Of a stretch of 64,000 nucleotides of DNA, positions 1 to 8,373 are shown piece by piece. The DNA comes from a virus (taxonomy: Duplodnaviria; Caudoviricetes). The notes under the pieces are model-generated. The model did no database searches. It saw nothing but the letters and a program-made list of their open reading frames with translations, and was not told the origin of the DNA. Where the stretch lies: positions 8,016 to 72,015 of IMG/VR virus record IMGVR_UViG_3300044647_001578. The stretch is one strand, 5' to 3'. The translations under genes were made by a program, and so were the position numbers. Within the stretch, counting starts at the first letter, position 1. Every line of letters starts with the position of its first letter.

Positions 1-161
1 GCCCCAATGTACTCTTGGCCAGTCTCTAAGTCTATCAGCAACCATTTTCCTGGTGCTTTTGTATGTATTGTTAGGTCTACAGCTTTTGGAAACTCTTCTA
101 CTTCCGCCCCTTGATACATTTTAGGCAGAAAACTATATGCGTTATTTAAAAGTCTTCTCAT
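1..161 (-). CDS. hypothetical protein (runs off window edge)
   Basis: Hand-translated MRRLLNNAYSFLPKMYQGAEVEEFPKAVDLTIHTKAPGKWLLIDLETGQEYIG...; TATAAT 6 nt upstream of ATG. Confidence 0.7.
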   Translation of the reverse strand, partial: MRRLLNNAYSFLPKMYQGAEVEEFPKAVDLTIHTKAPGKWLLIDLETGQEYIG

Positions 162-168
162 TATACTA

Positions 169-258
169 TTATACTATAGAGCTTTCTTCTATTCTATCCA
201 CTGCATCATCAATTGTTGGTGAGTGTTCTTTTGTGCAACTGCCGCACTCTCTACACAT
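169..258 (-). CDS. 29-aa Cys-rich micro-protein
   Basis: MCRECGSCTKEHSPTIDDAVDRIEESSIV; overlaps the stop of the upstream gene and fills the gap. Confidence 0.55.
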   Translation of the reverse strand: MCRECGSCTKEHSPTIDDAVDRIEESSIV

Positions 259-466
259 TTCTTCCCCATTTAACCTTATTCCAACCACGTTCATGGAAAT
301 AATAAAGTATTGTTTTTGTAAATACTTCAAAGCTGGCTATTGCGCCTGCTGTTACTGGCTCTTTAGTTATTGCCCAAGATATTACAAATGTGTCTGCTGT
401 TCCAATAATTCGCCAAGTAATTGCTTTTAATGCAGACCTTTGTTTGGTCACCTTCATGATGGCCAC
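251..466 (-). CDS. DUF2061-like small membrane protein
   Basis: RSALKAITWRIIGT...TILYYFHERGWNKVKWG matches the family pattern. Confidence 0.8.
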   Translation of the reverse strand: MAIMKVTKQRSALKAITWRIIGTADTFVISWAITKEPVTAGAIASFEVFTKTILYYFHERGWNKVKWGRNV

Positions 467-502
467 TCAATATTATTGTCTTTTGTTACAAGATTCCAAA
501 TT

Positions 503-1258
503 TTAGATGCCCATTTCTTTACGCTTTTGCGTAGCACTGATCGCTTCAATTTCTGCTCCTAACGAGACTTGCTCAATCTTATATCCAACATCTCTTCCAT
601 ATACAATGTTAGTAATGTTTGGCATCTTAATTACCATTGCTTTATCCATTACTGGATCCTGTGCAATATATCCCTTTACCTGATCAAAATCCAAAGGGTC
701 TTTTGCGCTAGTATTATATGTATTCCTTACCCCAAGCATTACTTGCTCTGTTCTATTTACCGCTTCTTCATACAAAGCATGGTGCCCTTCATGCCAAGGT
801 TGATATCTCCCTAGCATTAGTGTTGTTGGTTGTCTCCAGTCGTGTAATTGAAAATCAACGCAGGCTATTCTAGCTGCAACATCATATTCTGTCATGTCGT
901 CAAAGGTTAAGTCTGGGTTTGCTGGTGTTTCCCACATAGCAGTTGTGTCTGGGAAATCTCTAACTGGATTTCTGTTCATCCAAACCACTTTGTCTGGGTT
1001 TCCAAATGATGCTCTTGTCTCTGCTGTTGGATTAATGAAATCAACAACTACATTATGCCCTTGTTTTGCCAATAATCTTGACAATGCGCCCATTCTACGA
1101 GCCTGCTCAATTCTGTCTTCTGCAGTGAATCCAAGATCCTTGTTTAGCTCTGCTCTTACTTCATCGGCATTTAAATGTATTCCATTAATTCTGTCCGCTA
1201 ACTCTTTTGCAAATGTTGACTTACCAGATCCTGGCAGACCAATTACTTGAATAATCAT
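503..1258 (-). CDS. cysC: adenylylsulfate kinase-like P-loop domain fused to HxGH nucleotidyltransferase domain
   Basis: GLPGSGKST Walker A, NADEVRAELNKDLGFTAEDR (CysC-like); C-terminal GRYQPWHEGH and ISAT motifs. Confidence 0.8.
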   Translation of the reverse strand: MIIQVIGLPGSGKSTFAKELADRINGIHLNADEVRAELNKDLGFTAEDRIEQARRMGALSRLLAKQGHNVVVDFINPTAETRASFGNPDKVVWMNRNPVRDFPDTTAMWETPANPDLTFDDMTEYDVAARIACVDFQLHDWRQPTTLMLGRYQPWHEGHHALYEEAVNRTEQVMLGVRNTYNTSAKDPLDFDQVKGYIAQDPVMDKAMVIKMPNITNIVYGRDVGYKIEQVSLGAEIEAISATQKRKEMGI

Positions 1259-1287
1259 TTTACTTCTCTCTGTTTATAAATAACACA

Positions 1288-1328
1288 CCCTACATAAGTA
1301 TTATACTATATGTAGGGCATGCTAGCAA
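1288..1328 (-). promoter_or_regulatory. promoter TTGCTA-N17-TATAAT with an inverted repeat flanking the -10
   Basis: CCCTACATA (1288-1296) / TATGTAGGG (1309-1317) bracket the -10 at 1300-1305. Confidence 0.55.
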
Positions 1329-1335
1329 TGACTTG

Positions 1336-1542
1336 CTATACTTTTTTTCTGCCTGATTTTTTAGGCGGCTTTGGAATTAAACTTGTTTCTCTTCTTATTC
1401 CGTGCTTATTGGTATCAATTTTTACACCTTGTCTTGGATACCTTTTAGGTGTTTCTCTACTTGTAACGGCTCCTGCTGAAGCTCCTGCATTTGGTGCTGG
1501 TGTCGTACTCGTGCCGTCTTCTTTTTTAAAACTATTAGTCAT
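1336..1542 (-). CDS. small basic hypothetical protein
   Basis: ORF track, coupled to upstream micro-ORF. Confidence 0.65.
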   Translation of the reverse strand: MTNSFKKEDGTSTTPAPNAGASAGAVTSRETPKRYPRQGVKIDTNKHGIRRETSLIPKPPKKSGRKKV

Positions 1543-1642
1543 TGGTTAAGCCTGACTCACCATCTCTAGATACATCTGTAATTGTGACTGGGGTGGCGCC
1601 TTGGGTGCTACCCAATGATTCGCATCCACATTCAATACACAT
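1535..1642 (-). CDS. 35-aa micro-protein with N-terminal CxxCGC
   Basis: MCIECGCESLGSTQGATPVTITDVSRDGESGLTND; TAATG stop/start coupling. Confidence 0.6.
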   Translation of the reverse strand: MCIECGCESLGSTQGATPVTITDVSRDGESGLTND

Positions 1643-1791
1643 TATACGCCTCGATTTGCCCAGGCGTTAGCCCAGTAATCTGTTGCGTCTGCAACTGGTG
1701 CTGACTTTGCTTCTGCTTTTGGCTCTGCTTTTACTTCTTCTTTAACTTCAACAACTGGTGTTGTATCAATATCTTTTGTGTTATCTGACAT
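1642..1791 (-). CDS. 49-aa acidic micro-protein
   Basis: MSDNTKDIDTTPVVEVKEEVKAEPKAEAKSAPVADATDYWANAWANRGV; tightly coupled to neighbours. Confidence 0.65.
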   Translation of the reverse strand: MSDNTKDIDTTPVVEVKEEVKAEPKAEAKSAPVADATDYWANAWANRGV

Positions 1792-1793
1792 TA

Positions 1794-1952
1794 TTACTTA
1801 CCGTTCTGTCCGAGGCCTGCGCCATCTTGTGTTGACTTATCTGTTGCTGCAAAAGCTGCTGCTGGTGCCTGTCCTGTTGGGTTTAGATCAAGGTTGTTTG
1901 TGTTTCCAGCCTTAACTTCGTTAAATCCTGTTAAATTCAATCCGTCTGTCAT
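1794..1952 (-). CDS. 52-aa micro-protein
   Basis: MTDGLNLTGFNEVKAGNTNNLDLNPTGQAPAAAFAATDKSTQDGAGLGQNGK; AGGAG SD; TGCTATAAT at 2010-2018. Confidence 0.7.
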   Translation of the reverse strand: MTDGLNLTGFNEVKAGNTNNLDLNPTGQAPAAAFAATDKSTQDGAGLGQNGK

Positions 1953-2027
1953 TTTCTTACTCCTATAGGTTATTTATTTAAGTGGGACTAGTATTCCACT
2001 TATCCCTCTATTATAGCATTTAGTTGA

Positions 2028-2150
2028 TTAGGATCTGTATTTTTTATGCCAGCAGGAATCACAGATATCTATGATTCCACCCTCTGGTTTAGCAGCTAAT
2101 CTACTAGATTTATTACTACATCCTGCTATTTCACAGAATTCACCGAACAC
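2028..2150 (-). CDS. 40-aa putative Zn-binding micro-protein
   Basis: GTG start; FCEIAGC...ICDSCWH. Confidence 0.55.
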   Translation of the reverse strand: MFGEFCEIAGCSNKSSRLAAKPEGGIIDICDSCWHKKYRS

Positions 2151-2293
2151 TATTTAGATCCTTTGGCTGTTTGGCCACGGTACCCTGTCTTCTTCTTATT
2201 CATTGATCCTGGCTTCTTGTAACCAGCGCCATTTGGAGTTGCTGCAATTCTTTGCTCTAAAGCTTTTTTAATTTTATCGTGGTGCTTTCCCAT
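2150..2293 (-). CDS. 47-aa basic micro-protein
   Basis: MGKHHDKIKKALEQRIAATPNGAGYKKPGSMNKKKTGYRGQTAKGSK; TAATG coupling. Confidence 0.65.
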   Translation of the reverse strand: MGKHHDKIKKALEQRIAATPNGAGYKKPGSMNKKKTGYRGQTAKGSK

Positions 2294-2511
2294 TATTTTA
2301 CCTTATCTCCAAACTTTGACCATACTCTTTCGTGTAAAAAGTATCCAATCATTTCGCATGCCGTGTATATGATTGCAAATGCTCCAGAATATTCCCAATG
2401 TGCTTCTCCAGTAATAGCTTTTTCAAAAAAATAAACCATTGTTCCAACAAACCCAATATGAACTGCTGGCCAGGTTATTGATTTGTACAAACTTCTTTTA
2501 TTCGATTCCAT
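2293..2511 (-). CDS. second DUF2061-like membrane protein
   Basis: RSLYKSITW...GYFLHERVWSK, paralogous to 251..466. Confidence 0.75.
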   Translation of the reverse strand: MESNKRSLYKSITWPAVHIGFVGTMVYFFEKAITGEAHWEYSGAFAIIYTACEMIGYFLHERVWSKFGDKVK

Positions 2512-3304
2512 TTTGCTCCTTTATAAGCTCTTCAATTATATCATGTACACGACCTGACTGTGGATCGTCCATATGATCATGCACTAGCAGGTCGCTAATG
2601 CCTATTGATTTTAAGTAATTAATTTTATTTATTAGATGTTCTTTTGTGCCACAAATGAATAAAAGCTTTTCTGATTCGCTGAAGAACTCTTCTCCAAAAC
2701 GGTCAGCTTCTTCTTGTGTATCTCTTATGACTAGTCCAAAACAAATCATTTGATTTTTATTATGAACTGGATTCCTGCTTTTTAAATGATCTTCGTGCCT
2801 ATTTATCATAGAAAGATGAGTAGCATTATGCTTTATTGCTAGTTTTCTTGTTTCGTCTGAGTGCCCTCCCATAACTATTGGTGGTTTAGACCTTAATATA
2901 TCCATATTTAAAAACTTATCAAGCCATATGTCTGTGTAATTAATCCTAGATTCAGTTGTTTGAAGGAACTGGCTTACTAATACTAGATCTTCTACGCTTG
3001 TTTCCCCCGCATGAATATCACCAGAGACTACATTCAAAATTATTTTATTGGGCGCCATCTCATTTATTGATTGGCATATCATTGCCATATACTCGGGGCT
3101 TATTGCATAAGTTCTAATTGCAATCATATATTTTAATTTTTGCTTTGAAGACATAACTCTTACTGCCTTTGTCAAAAAATCTGGTACTTTCGAATGATAC
3201 ACAAGTAGTACTGACTCGTAGCCAGCTTTTTCTAGCCTTGCCGAAAGTTCTGACAAATATTCAATCGACTGCTCGTTGCCTCTTGTCATACAATGAAATT
3301 TCAC
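2498..3304 (-). CDS. luciferase-like (LLM class) flavin-dependent monooxygenase
   Basis: LEKAGYESVLL, LKYMIAIR, ILNVVSG, PPIVMGGHS motifs as in SsuD/LLM TIM barrels. Confidence 0.75.
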   Translation of the reverse strand: MKFHCMTRGNEQSIEYLSELSARLEKAGYESVLLVYHSKVPDFLTKAVRVMSSKQKLKYMIAIRTYAISPEYMAMICQSINEMAPNKIILNVVSGDIHAGETSVEDLVLVSQFLQTTESRINYTDIWLDKFLNMDILRSKPPIVMGGHSDETRKLAIKHNATHLSMINRHEDHLKSRNPVHNKNQMICFGLVIRDTQEEADRFGEEFFSESEKLLFICGTKEHLINKINYLKSIGISDLLVHDHMDDPQSGRVHDIIEELIKEQNGIE

Positions 3305-3343
3305 TATTATCCTTTGTTCAATAACAAGTCTATCATTTAAACA

Positions 3344-3377
3344 TTAAAGGGGCAAGACCTAAGTCCCGCCCCTTTAA
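3344..3377 (-). terminator. intrinsic terminator hairpin
   Basis: TTAAAGGGGC...GCCCCTTTAA just after stop of 3388..4455. Confidence 0.7.
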
Positions 3378-3387
3378 TTTAAGTTAT

Positions 3388-4455
3388 TTACTTCTTTAGT
3401 GCGACCTTTAGCTTAGGGAACTTCTTGTTCCACTTAGTTGCAAGCGCATTGTATTCCGCCTTGTATTTTGCTGCTGCTGTTGCTGCTGCTAGATCAGACG
3501 CTACCTTAGCGGTAACTGTTGCTGAATCTGATGCTGCCTTTGCGTCTGCAAGTGCCTTATCTGCTGCAACCTTATCTGCTGCACGTCCAGCACGTTCTGC
3601 TGCTAGTGCAGCATTAGATGTTGCAAGTGCTTGGTTTGCTGCTGCAAGTTCTGCATTCTTTGCTGCAAGTTCTGCTGCAATATCACGAACTACAATTGTA
3701 GCGCTTACAGAACCGACTGGTGCTGCTAAGCCTGTTACGGCTGTTGCTACTGTTGCATATGCAACTACTGTAATTGAACCAGTTGCAGGTACTGTTACAG
3801 TCTGCTCTTTTGTTCCAAGTGTTGCTGTTGCTGTGTCAGTAGTTAGCGCTGTTGCCAGTGCTGCTCCAGAGCTTGAAACCAAAGTATTAATTGTGGCCCC
3901 ACCCTTTAGATTACCAAACACGTCGTATCCTGATACCTTGAGTACCTGTGATGTACCTGCTGCTGCTGATGCAGGAGCGGTTAGTGTAATTGAGTTCAAA
4001 GCACCTGCGGTACCTTGTACGTAATAAACTGTTGTAGTTCCAGCACGAGTAATCGATACTGATCCTACTGCTGTACTTTTAGTATATACATAAAAGTCTG
4101 CTGATGTTCCAGTTCCTGTTGCAATTGATAGCGTTGAGGTTCCAGATGATGCTGTTACTGCTGCACCAGATGCTGCAAGCGCAGGAACAAGTGTTGCATT
4201 TACTGCAACTGCTGTTACTACTGTTCCAGTGTCTACTGCTGTTACGGCAATCTTCAATGCATCTGCTGCATCGATGCTGTTATCTGCTGGTACTGGTAGT
4301 GCTACAGGTGTTGTTACTACTGTTCCACCTGTTGCTGCAGATCCCGCAACCGTTAGGGTTACAGTTCCAGCGTTAGCGATAGCTGCTGGCGATACAAGCA
4401 TTGTGCTAGTCAGGGCTGCAGCGATGATTAGCGTTACTTTCTTAAATGAGTTCAT
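3388..4455 (-). CDS. secreted Ala/Thr-rich surface (S-layer-like) protein
   Basis: Signal peptide, beta-rich T/A body, Ala coiled coil, basic C-terminus; AAGGAG SD. Confidence 0.7.
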   Translation of the reverse strand: MNSFKKVTLIIAAALTSTMLVSPAAIANAGTVTLTVAGSAATGGTVVTTPVALPVPADNSIDAADALKIAVTAVDTGTVVTAVAVNATLVPALAASGAAVTASSGTSTLSIATGTGTSADFYVYTKSTAVGSVSITRAGTTTVYYVQGTAGALNSITLTAPASAAAGTSQVLKVSGYDVFGNLKGGATINTLVSSSGAALATALTTDTATATLGTKEQTVTVPATGSITVVAYATVATAVTGLAAPVGSVSATIVVRDIAAELAAKNAELAAANQALATSNAALAAERAGRAADKVAADKALADAKAASDSATVTAKVASDLAAATAAAKYKAEYNALATKWNKKFPKLKVALKK

Positions 4456-4502
4456 TTAATTTATTCTCCTTATTTCCTCTGCCTCTTGATGAGAACAGAA
4501 AT

Positions 4503-4703
4503 TTAGTTTAGTTCTATTACTTTTACTTGGAAAGAGCACGGATCTCCGCCTTCATCCCATTCTTGCATTTCTTCTTCTGTCATTGGTGGACCATCGTGTG
4601 TATTACAAAATACATCAGAAATCCATCCTCTGTCATAACCATTCTTGAGCCATATTTCAAACTCTACATGATTAATGTATCCTTCTTTATCTTCTAGATC
4701 CAT
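4503..4703 (-). CDS. hypothetical protein
   Basis: ORF in operon. Confidence 0.65.
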   Translation of the reverse strand: MDLEDKEGYINHVEFEIWLKNGYDRGWISDVFCNTHDGPPMTEEEMQEWDEGGDPCSFQVKVIELN

Positions 4704-4996
4704 TCTGAAAGCTCCTCAAGCATTACGTGCTTGGGCTTTGCGCCAGAAATAGTTTTAACTGGGACCCCTGACTTAAATAGTACCATATAAGGTATGGAGG
4801 TTACAGAGTATTCTGCTGATTTGACAGGATTTTCATCAACATTTAACTTTCCGACCCATAAACCACGCTCATTTGATATCTCGTCTAGTATTGGAGATAT
4901 TCTTTTGCATGGTCCACACCATGGTGCCCAAAAATCTATAAGCACCAACTTGTGATTCTGCAATACAGAATCAAAAGATTCGTCTGTGACTATCAA
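4694..4996 (-). CDS. trxA: thioredoxin
   Basis: DFWAPWCGPCK active site, SIP cis-Pro motif. Confidence 0.95.
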   Translation of the reverse strand: MIVTDESFDSVLQNHKLVLIDFWAPWCGPCKRISPILDEISNERGLWVGKLNVDENPVKSAEYSVTSIPYMVLFKSGVPVKTISGAKPKHVMLEELSEWI

Positions 4997-4997
4997 C

Positions 4998-5207
4998 TTA
5001 CTCTCCCTTTAGTTCATCCGCTGCTTTATTAAATTTATTCATAAATGTTTGGATTACCCAAACTGCGGTTTCTCCTGCATTGGCTGACATTGCTTTTGAA
5101 GCCTCTTCAGTCCTGTCTTCGATAGCAAGGGCGTTGTACCATTTCTGGTACAACTCCTCACCAATCTCTTTAATAATTTCTTCAAGTACAGTTAACTTAT
5201 TATCCAT
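4998..5207 (-). CDS. hypothetical protein
   Basis: ORF in operon. Confidence 0.7.
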   Translation of the reverse strand: MDNKLTVLEEIIKEIGEELYQKWYNALAIEDRTEEASKAMSANAGETAVWVIQTFMNKFNKAADELKGE

Positions 5208-6327
5208 TTAATCTTGCCAACTGGGCTGCCTTTAGTGCAGCAAGTTTATCTGCTGCTGCTTTTACTGCTGCATCATATTCTGCCTGTGCCTTTGCAATTT
5301 GTACATTAACATCTGCCTGCAATGCTAACTTTGCTGCAGCCAACTGTTCAGGGGTTGGTCCTGTTGGTGCTGCTGGCGTTGATGCGACTAAGGTGTGACG
5401 AAGTGCTGCATTTATGTCTATCAACTTCTTAAATGTTCCTTGTCTTCCGACTGTAGAAGAAGTCGTAGAACGAAGAGCAGTAAGCAATTGATCGTATGTA
5501 TATGTAGGCTTTGCTGCCTTAAGCTTAAGCCATTGTGCGCCTGCAACTTGAATTGCAGATGAAGATCCAGCAATGTTCTTTACAATATTTCCTGGACCAG
5601 CGACTGAGAAAAATCCTGGTGCAAAGAAATCAAGTTTAACTTCATCGTTATTGCTATTAGATGAAATTTCATTTTGCTGATCCACATAGCCAACTGAAAT
5701 AGACTCATCTATACAGGCTGGCCAATCAATACGCTTGTAGTCACGACCATTTCCTGAAGGGAAAAAGGTTGGGATACCAATAGCAATTAGGTCCTTAACG
5801 GATTGCTGTGTCACTGGAGTTTTAGGACAGTAGTCTGTTCCTGCTGGACCAAGGTTGTGCATTCCTTGAGACATTGTTACTGCTTGAATATTATACTTAG
5901 ATGCATTAGATTTGACCCAATTAAGAGCATTATAAACTGCAGCCTCTCCTGCATTTTGTCTCATGCCAGTTGAAGTGTTTCCAATAATTTTAATGAAAAC
6001 AATATTTACTTCTGGGTTCGTTCTTACAAAAACGGATGTCATTAGTGTTCCGTGATCAAATCCATTTGATGCGATAAGGTTTGCTGGCATAGATGCTGCT
6101 CCAGCGCCTTCCATAAAAGACTTACCATTAGGACATGTTGTCCATTCTAGAATACAAACCTCTTGAATAATTTTTCCTTGAAATGCTGGTAAGGATGTGT
6201 CAATGCCTGTATCCAATATGGCAACTGCTGGCTTTGAATCTGTACGATTCTTTAGTCCCGCTGCTTGAGCGGTTGTAGGTACTGCTAGTGTGATTGCGAT
6301 TAACGCTGCTATTAGTTTTTTATTCAT
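5200..6327 (-). CDS. secreted subtilisin-like (S8) serine peptidase
   Basis: Signal peptide; VAILDTGID, DHGTLM, SGN oxyanion, GSSSA nucleophile segment. Confidence 0.85.
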   Translation of the reverse strand: MNKKLIAALIAITLAVPTTAQAAGLKNRTDSKPAVAILDTGIDTSLPAFQGKIIQEVCILEWTTCPNGKSFMEGAGAASMPANLIASNGFDHGTLMTSVFVRTNPEVNIVFIKIIGNTSTGMRQNAGEAAVYNALNWVKSNASKYNIQAVTMSQGMHNLGPAGTDYCPKTPVTQQSVKDLIAIGIPTFFPSGNGRDYKRIDWPACIDESISVGYVDQQNEISSNSNNDEVKLDFFAPGFFSVAGPGNIVKNIAGSSSAIQVAGAQWLKLKAAKPTYTYDQLLTALRSTTSSTVGRQGTFKKLIDINAALRHTLVASTPAAPTGPTPEQLAAAKLALQADVNVQIAKAQAEYDAAVKAAADKLAALKAAQLARLNG

Positions 6328-6333
6328 ACCCTA

Positions 6334-6361
6334 AGTCTACTAAATAATAGCAGGATGTCAA
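6334..6361 (-). promoter_or_regulatory. sigma70-type promoter, leaderless transcript
   Basis: TTGACA-N16-TAGACT-N6-ATG. Confidence 0.65.
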
Positions 6362-6528
6362 GGGGTATCTGTTGGTCTTTTATACCACTTGCCATTGTCT
6401 AGTGGTGGGGTGGTGTCCATGCCTTGTGAGTCTAATAAATTAGATAGACTTAAAGCAAGAAGCTCCATATGCATTTCCATTCTAACAACGGCAAGCTCAA
6501 GTTGCCTCAATCTTTCAGATTTTCTCAC
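6358..6528 (-). CDS. hypothetical protein (56 aa)
   Basis: GTG start overlapping upstream stop; MRKSERLRQLELAVVRMEMHMELL... Confidence 0.6.
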   Translation of the reverse strand: MRKSERLRQLELAVVRMEMHMELLALSLSNLLDSQGMDTTPPLDNGKWYKRPTDTP

Positions 6529-6881
6529 TCTTGTATCTCTCTATCTAGTAGTGTTGGTGCTGTTGCCATACTTCCGCAGTTGGCACATTCCATATCAAGA
6601 AAATATGTGGCTATTTCAAACTCTTCAAATATAACTTTTACGTTCCATATGTTACATCCACAAGGGCATAAGTGTGTTGGTGACCCTCTTAAATCCATTG
6701 CGTGATCATAATTTTCTGGCTTTAGGTCACTTATGCTTAAAGGATATTCTCTCTTTTGTGACTGTTCTGCCGCTTCTTCTAACTTGTTTATATAATATAT
6801 TCCAAGAGCATACCTATTTCTGATCCATCTAAAAGAGGATATGATAAAAAAAGCTAACAGTATGTAGGCAACAGTTTCCAT
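6525..6881 (-). CDS. membrane-anchored Zn-ribbon protein
   Basis: N-terminal TM, CPCGC...CANCG; TATAAT-N6-ATG. Confidence 0.7.
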   Translation of the reverse strand: METVAYILLAFFIISSFRWIRNRYALGIYYINKLEEAAEQSQKREYPLSISDLKPENYDHAMDLRGSPTHLCPCGCNIWNVKVIFEEFEIATYFLDMECANCGSMATAPTLLDREIQE

Positions 6882-6895
6882 GATTCAATTATACA

Positions 6896-7453
6896 CTAAA
6901 CTTGGATGTATGTATAGGGGGCTGCTACGCTCATATTGAACTCTGTTGCCGCTTCTAATGCTGCTTTAAGCCTTAGCTTAGGGTTCTTTTGCTTCTTTGT
7001 TGCGTGTAGTGCTCCAAGAGCTATCTGTCCGCCGCTTCCTTCCGCCATATAGTTAACTATGTTTTCTCCAACATGAAAGTCTTCGTCTACAGTAAAAAGT
7101 CTTCCACATACTCCAACAATAAATATTCCACCACTGTCTTCTTCTGACGCAGATCCTACGCTTCCGTATCCGTGATCTTTAAATGCCTGCTTAACGGAGT
7201 CAACAAATTTAGTTCGCATAAACTTATCTAAACCAGAATTTGTTTTAGTCGGTGTATATTTTGGAGGGGTCCACATGTATTGAAGAATTTGCCCCATGCG
7301 GAACGAGTCTGTAAACGCAATTCCATACTGACCGTTTTTAAAAACCTTTGGTTCTTTTCTTGACAAGATCCACCCAGTTTTATCATCTGAGGCGGCGTGG
7401 TCGGAGCCCATATACACAACACCATTTTGGGCAATAGCAACAATACAAGTCAT
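6896..7453 (-). CDS. Ntn-hydrolase / HslV-proteasome-beta-like protease
   Basis: N-terminal MTCIVA, GSD, conserved K, AEGSGG motif. Confidence 0.75.
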   Translation of the reverse strand: MTCIVAIAQNGVVYMGSDHAASDDKTGWILSRKEPKVFKNGQYGIAFTDSFRMGQILQYMWTPPKYTPTKTNSGLDKFMRTKFVDSVKQAFKDHGYGSVGSASEEDSGGIFIVGVCGRLFTVDEDFHVGENIVNYMAEGSGGQIALGALHATKKQKNPKLRLKAALEAATEFNMSVAAPYTYIQV

Positions 7454-7485
7454 GTTATTAGTATACTATTTTTATTTTTGTATGG

Positions 7486-7794
7486 CTAGTCCTCATTGGA
7501 ATGCATTTCTATATGGCTTAATTTAAGCAGAGTTCCCTCTAATTCTGCCTTAACACGAATTAATTCCTGTAAGGCCTCAAAGTATTTGTCTTTCCATTCA
7601 TTTAGATCTTTTTCTAATTTATATAATTTAATCTCAAGATCTTTTAATTCTAGCAAAAGCTGGTCGTGTGCTTTTTCTGCCCTATGCTCTATTCTTTCTT
7701 TTTTGTACCTTCTGGCGCCAATCTGAGCTGTAAGCAGACCGCTAATAGCGGCGGCAAAGAGAGTTATTAGTATCTCAGTTAGGGGAATATTCAT
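7486..7794 (-). CDS. TM + coiled-coil protein
   Basis: N-terminal hydrophobic helix followed by Leu heptads. Confidence 0.7.
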   Translation of the reverse strand: MNIPLTEILITLFAAAISGLLTAQIGARRYKKERIEHRAEKAHDQLLLELKDLEIKLYKLEKDLNEWKDKYFEALQELIRVKAELEGTLLKLSHIEMHSNED

Positions 7795-7823
7795 TATATG
7801 AATATTATACCGTACAATCTATG

Positions 7824-8060
7824 TTAAATTAATAACTCAGAGGCTGTTATATCTAGACCTACATATTTCTTTTTTGCAATATGCTCTTTTACATGATCAG
7901 AACCGTACTGTCTTCCTGCTAAAATAACTATCCATCTTGGCTCTAATTTGTTGTCTGTACAGGATTTACACAATAATAAATTTATTGGCAACAAGACAGA
8001 TTTCTTTGCTGAAAGCTCGTTCTTGCTTTTATTGCAAGAATAACACAATACTTTATCCAT
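7824..8060 (-). CDS. Zn-finger hypothetical protein
   Basis: CYSC...CKSC; start refined to MDKVLC. Confidence 0.65.
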   Translation of the reverse strand: MDKVLCYSCNKSKNELSAKKSVLLPINLLLCKSCTDNKLEPRWIVILAGRQYGSDHVKEHIAKKKYVGLDITASELLI

Positions 8061-8373
8061 GATTTTTTCCTCCTGGCTTTCCTTCAAGCTCTACTCTTAC
8101 TCCATATGATTCCAAGATATTTTTTACCATTTCTACATATTCTATAACTCTGACTCTCATTGAGCCGTCGTATTGTGCAAAATTATTTTCATATAATCTG
8201 ATTGCTAAAAACTCTGGATACTTTACTATGTCCATTTCAAGAGTTGGAGTTGGCTTTTTTAGTTCTCTTATTTTGAGAGCCATCTCTTTGTTGTAGAATG
8301 TTGGTTTATTGGGCTCGCCAGTCCATTCATTTATTCCGTACTTAAAGTGGTTCTTATTCTTATCAATAAACAT
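8053..8373 (-). CDS. hypothetical protein
   Basis: ORF in operon. Confidence 0.7.
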   Translation of the reverse strand: MFIDKNKNHFKYGINEWTGEPNKPTFYNKEMALKIRELKKPTPTLEMDIVKYPEFLAIRLYENNFAQYDGSMRVRVIEYVEMVKNILESYGVRVELEGKPGGKNHG

